Below are positions 62,701 to 64,000 of a stretch of DNA of 64,000 nt, piece by piece. Position numbers and translations under genes: made by a program. Positions within the stretch are counted from its first letter, which is position 1, and every line of letters starts with the position of its first letter. Source of the DNA: Squalus acanthias (Eukaryota); the NCBI GenBank assembly GCA_030390025.1, contig CM059433.1:32676001-32740000 (forward strand), read 5' to 3'. The notes under the pieces were generated by a model that was not told the DNA's origin, searched no databases, and saw only the letters and a list, made by a program, of their open reading frames with translations.

Positions 62701-64000
62701 TAGAATCAATCACAGAGAATCAATCATAGAATCAATCACAGGATCAATCATAGGATCAATCACAGGATCATTCATAGGATCAATCATAGAATCAATCATT
62801 GGATCAATCACAGGATCAATCATATAATTAATCATAGAATCAATCATTGGATCAATCATAGAATCAATCATAGAATCAATCACAGGATCAATCATAGAAT
62901 CAATCACAGGATCAATCATAGAATCAATCATAGAATCAATCATAGGATCAATCACAGGATCAATCAAAGAATTAATCATAGAATCAATTACAGGATCAAT
63001 CATAGAATCAATCATAGAATCAATCATAGAATCAATCATAGAAGCAATCATAGAAGCAATTATAGAATCAATCATAGTATCAATCAGATAATCAATCAAA
63101 GGATCAATCATAGAATCAAGCATAGAATCAATCATAGAATCAATCACAGGATCAATCATAGAATCAATCAAAGGATCAATCACAGGATCAATCATTGAAT
63201 CAATCATTGAATCAAACATAGGATCAATCATAGAATAAATCATAGAAGCAATCATAAAATCAATCATAGGATCAATCACAGGATCAATCATTGAATCAAT
63301 CATAGAATCAGCAAAAGCATCAATGATAGGATCTATAATAGATTGAATCACAGGATCAATCATAGAATCAATCACAGGATCAATCAGAGGATCAATCATA
63401 GAATCAATCATTGGATCAATCATAGAATCAATCATAGGATCAATCAGAAGATCCATGATAGAACTAATCATAAAAGCAATCATAGAATCAATCACAGGAT
63501 CAATTCTAGAATCAATCAGAGAATCAATCATAGAATCAATCATAGAAGCAATCATAGAATCAGCAAAAGCATCAATGATACGATCAATAATAGAATCAAT
63601 CACAGGATCAATCATAGAATGAATCATAGGATCAATCATAGGATCAATCACAGGATCATTCATAGGATCAATCATAGAATCAAACATAGAATCAATCATT
63701 GGATCAATCACAGGATCAATCATAGAATTAATCACAGGATCAATCATAGAATCAATCACAGGATCAATCAGAGGATCAATCACAGTATCAATCATAGAAT
63801 TAATCATAGAATCAATCACAGGATCAATCATAGAATCAATCATAGAATCAATCATAGAATCAATCATAGAAGCAATCATAGAATCAATCAGATAATCAAT
63901 CAAAGGATCAATCATAGAATCAAGCATACAATCAATCCAAGAAGAAAAAATAGAATCAATCACAGGATCAATCATAGAACCAATCACAGGATCAATCATA
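41800..64000. repeat. 12-bp satellite array (CAATCATAGAAT / CAATCACAGGAT variants), >22 kb, about 1850 units, runs off the window
   Basis: Continuous 12-mer periodicity with recurrent variant units and higher-order duplications; no TE interruption seen. Confidence 0.98.

Noticed and set aside
41783..63999. Long ORFs (up to 799 aa) of MIDS/VIDP, INHR and SIIE repeats as a repetitive protein gene
   Set aside because: The codons ATG ATT GAT TCT cannot become stops by a single substitution, so long ORFs are expected from the repeat; frames break at indels, and there is no unique domain or signal peptide
41800..64000. CRISPR-like or telomeric array
   Set aside because: No unique spacers, no cas genes and no TTAGGG; eukaryotic satellite context

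Overview
Gene-poor, repeat-dense vertebrate DNA, most likely from a cartilaginous fish (shark); this is inferred from its Deu-domain SINEs, CR1/L2 LINEs, Harbinger MITEs and Penelope pLTRs. No intact host gene is recognised. Bases 1-41.8 kb are a mosaic of nested transposons. There are three Penelope-like (PLE) insertions carrying five minimal hammerhead-ribozyme motifs, one of them a 3.8-kb near-perfect palindrome. A full-length CR1 carries a full-length RTE and a solo PLE terminus. The region also holds PIF/Harbinger and hAT elements, and a LINE whose endonuclease ORF directly follows a tRNA-derived SINE-like head. From about 41.8 kb to the window end lies a >22-kb satellite of the 12-mer CAATCATAGAAT with 300-bp and roughly 2-kb higher-order structure. 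Its long minus-strand ORFs are artefacts of the repeat unit. Family names come from motif recognition only; no searches were run, and boundaries of degraded elements are approximate.
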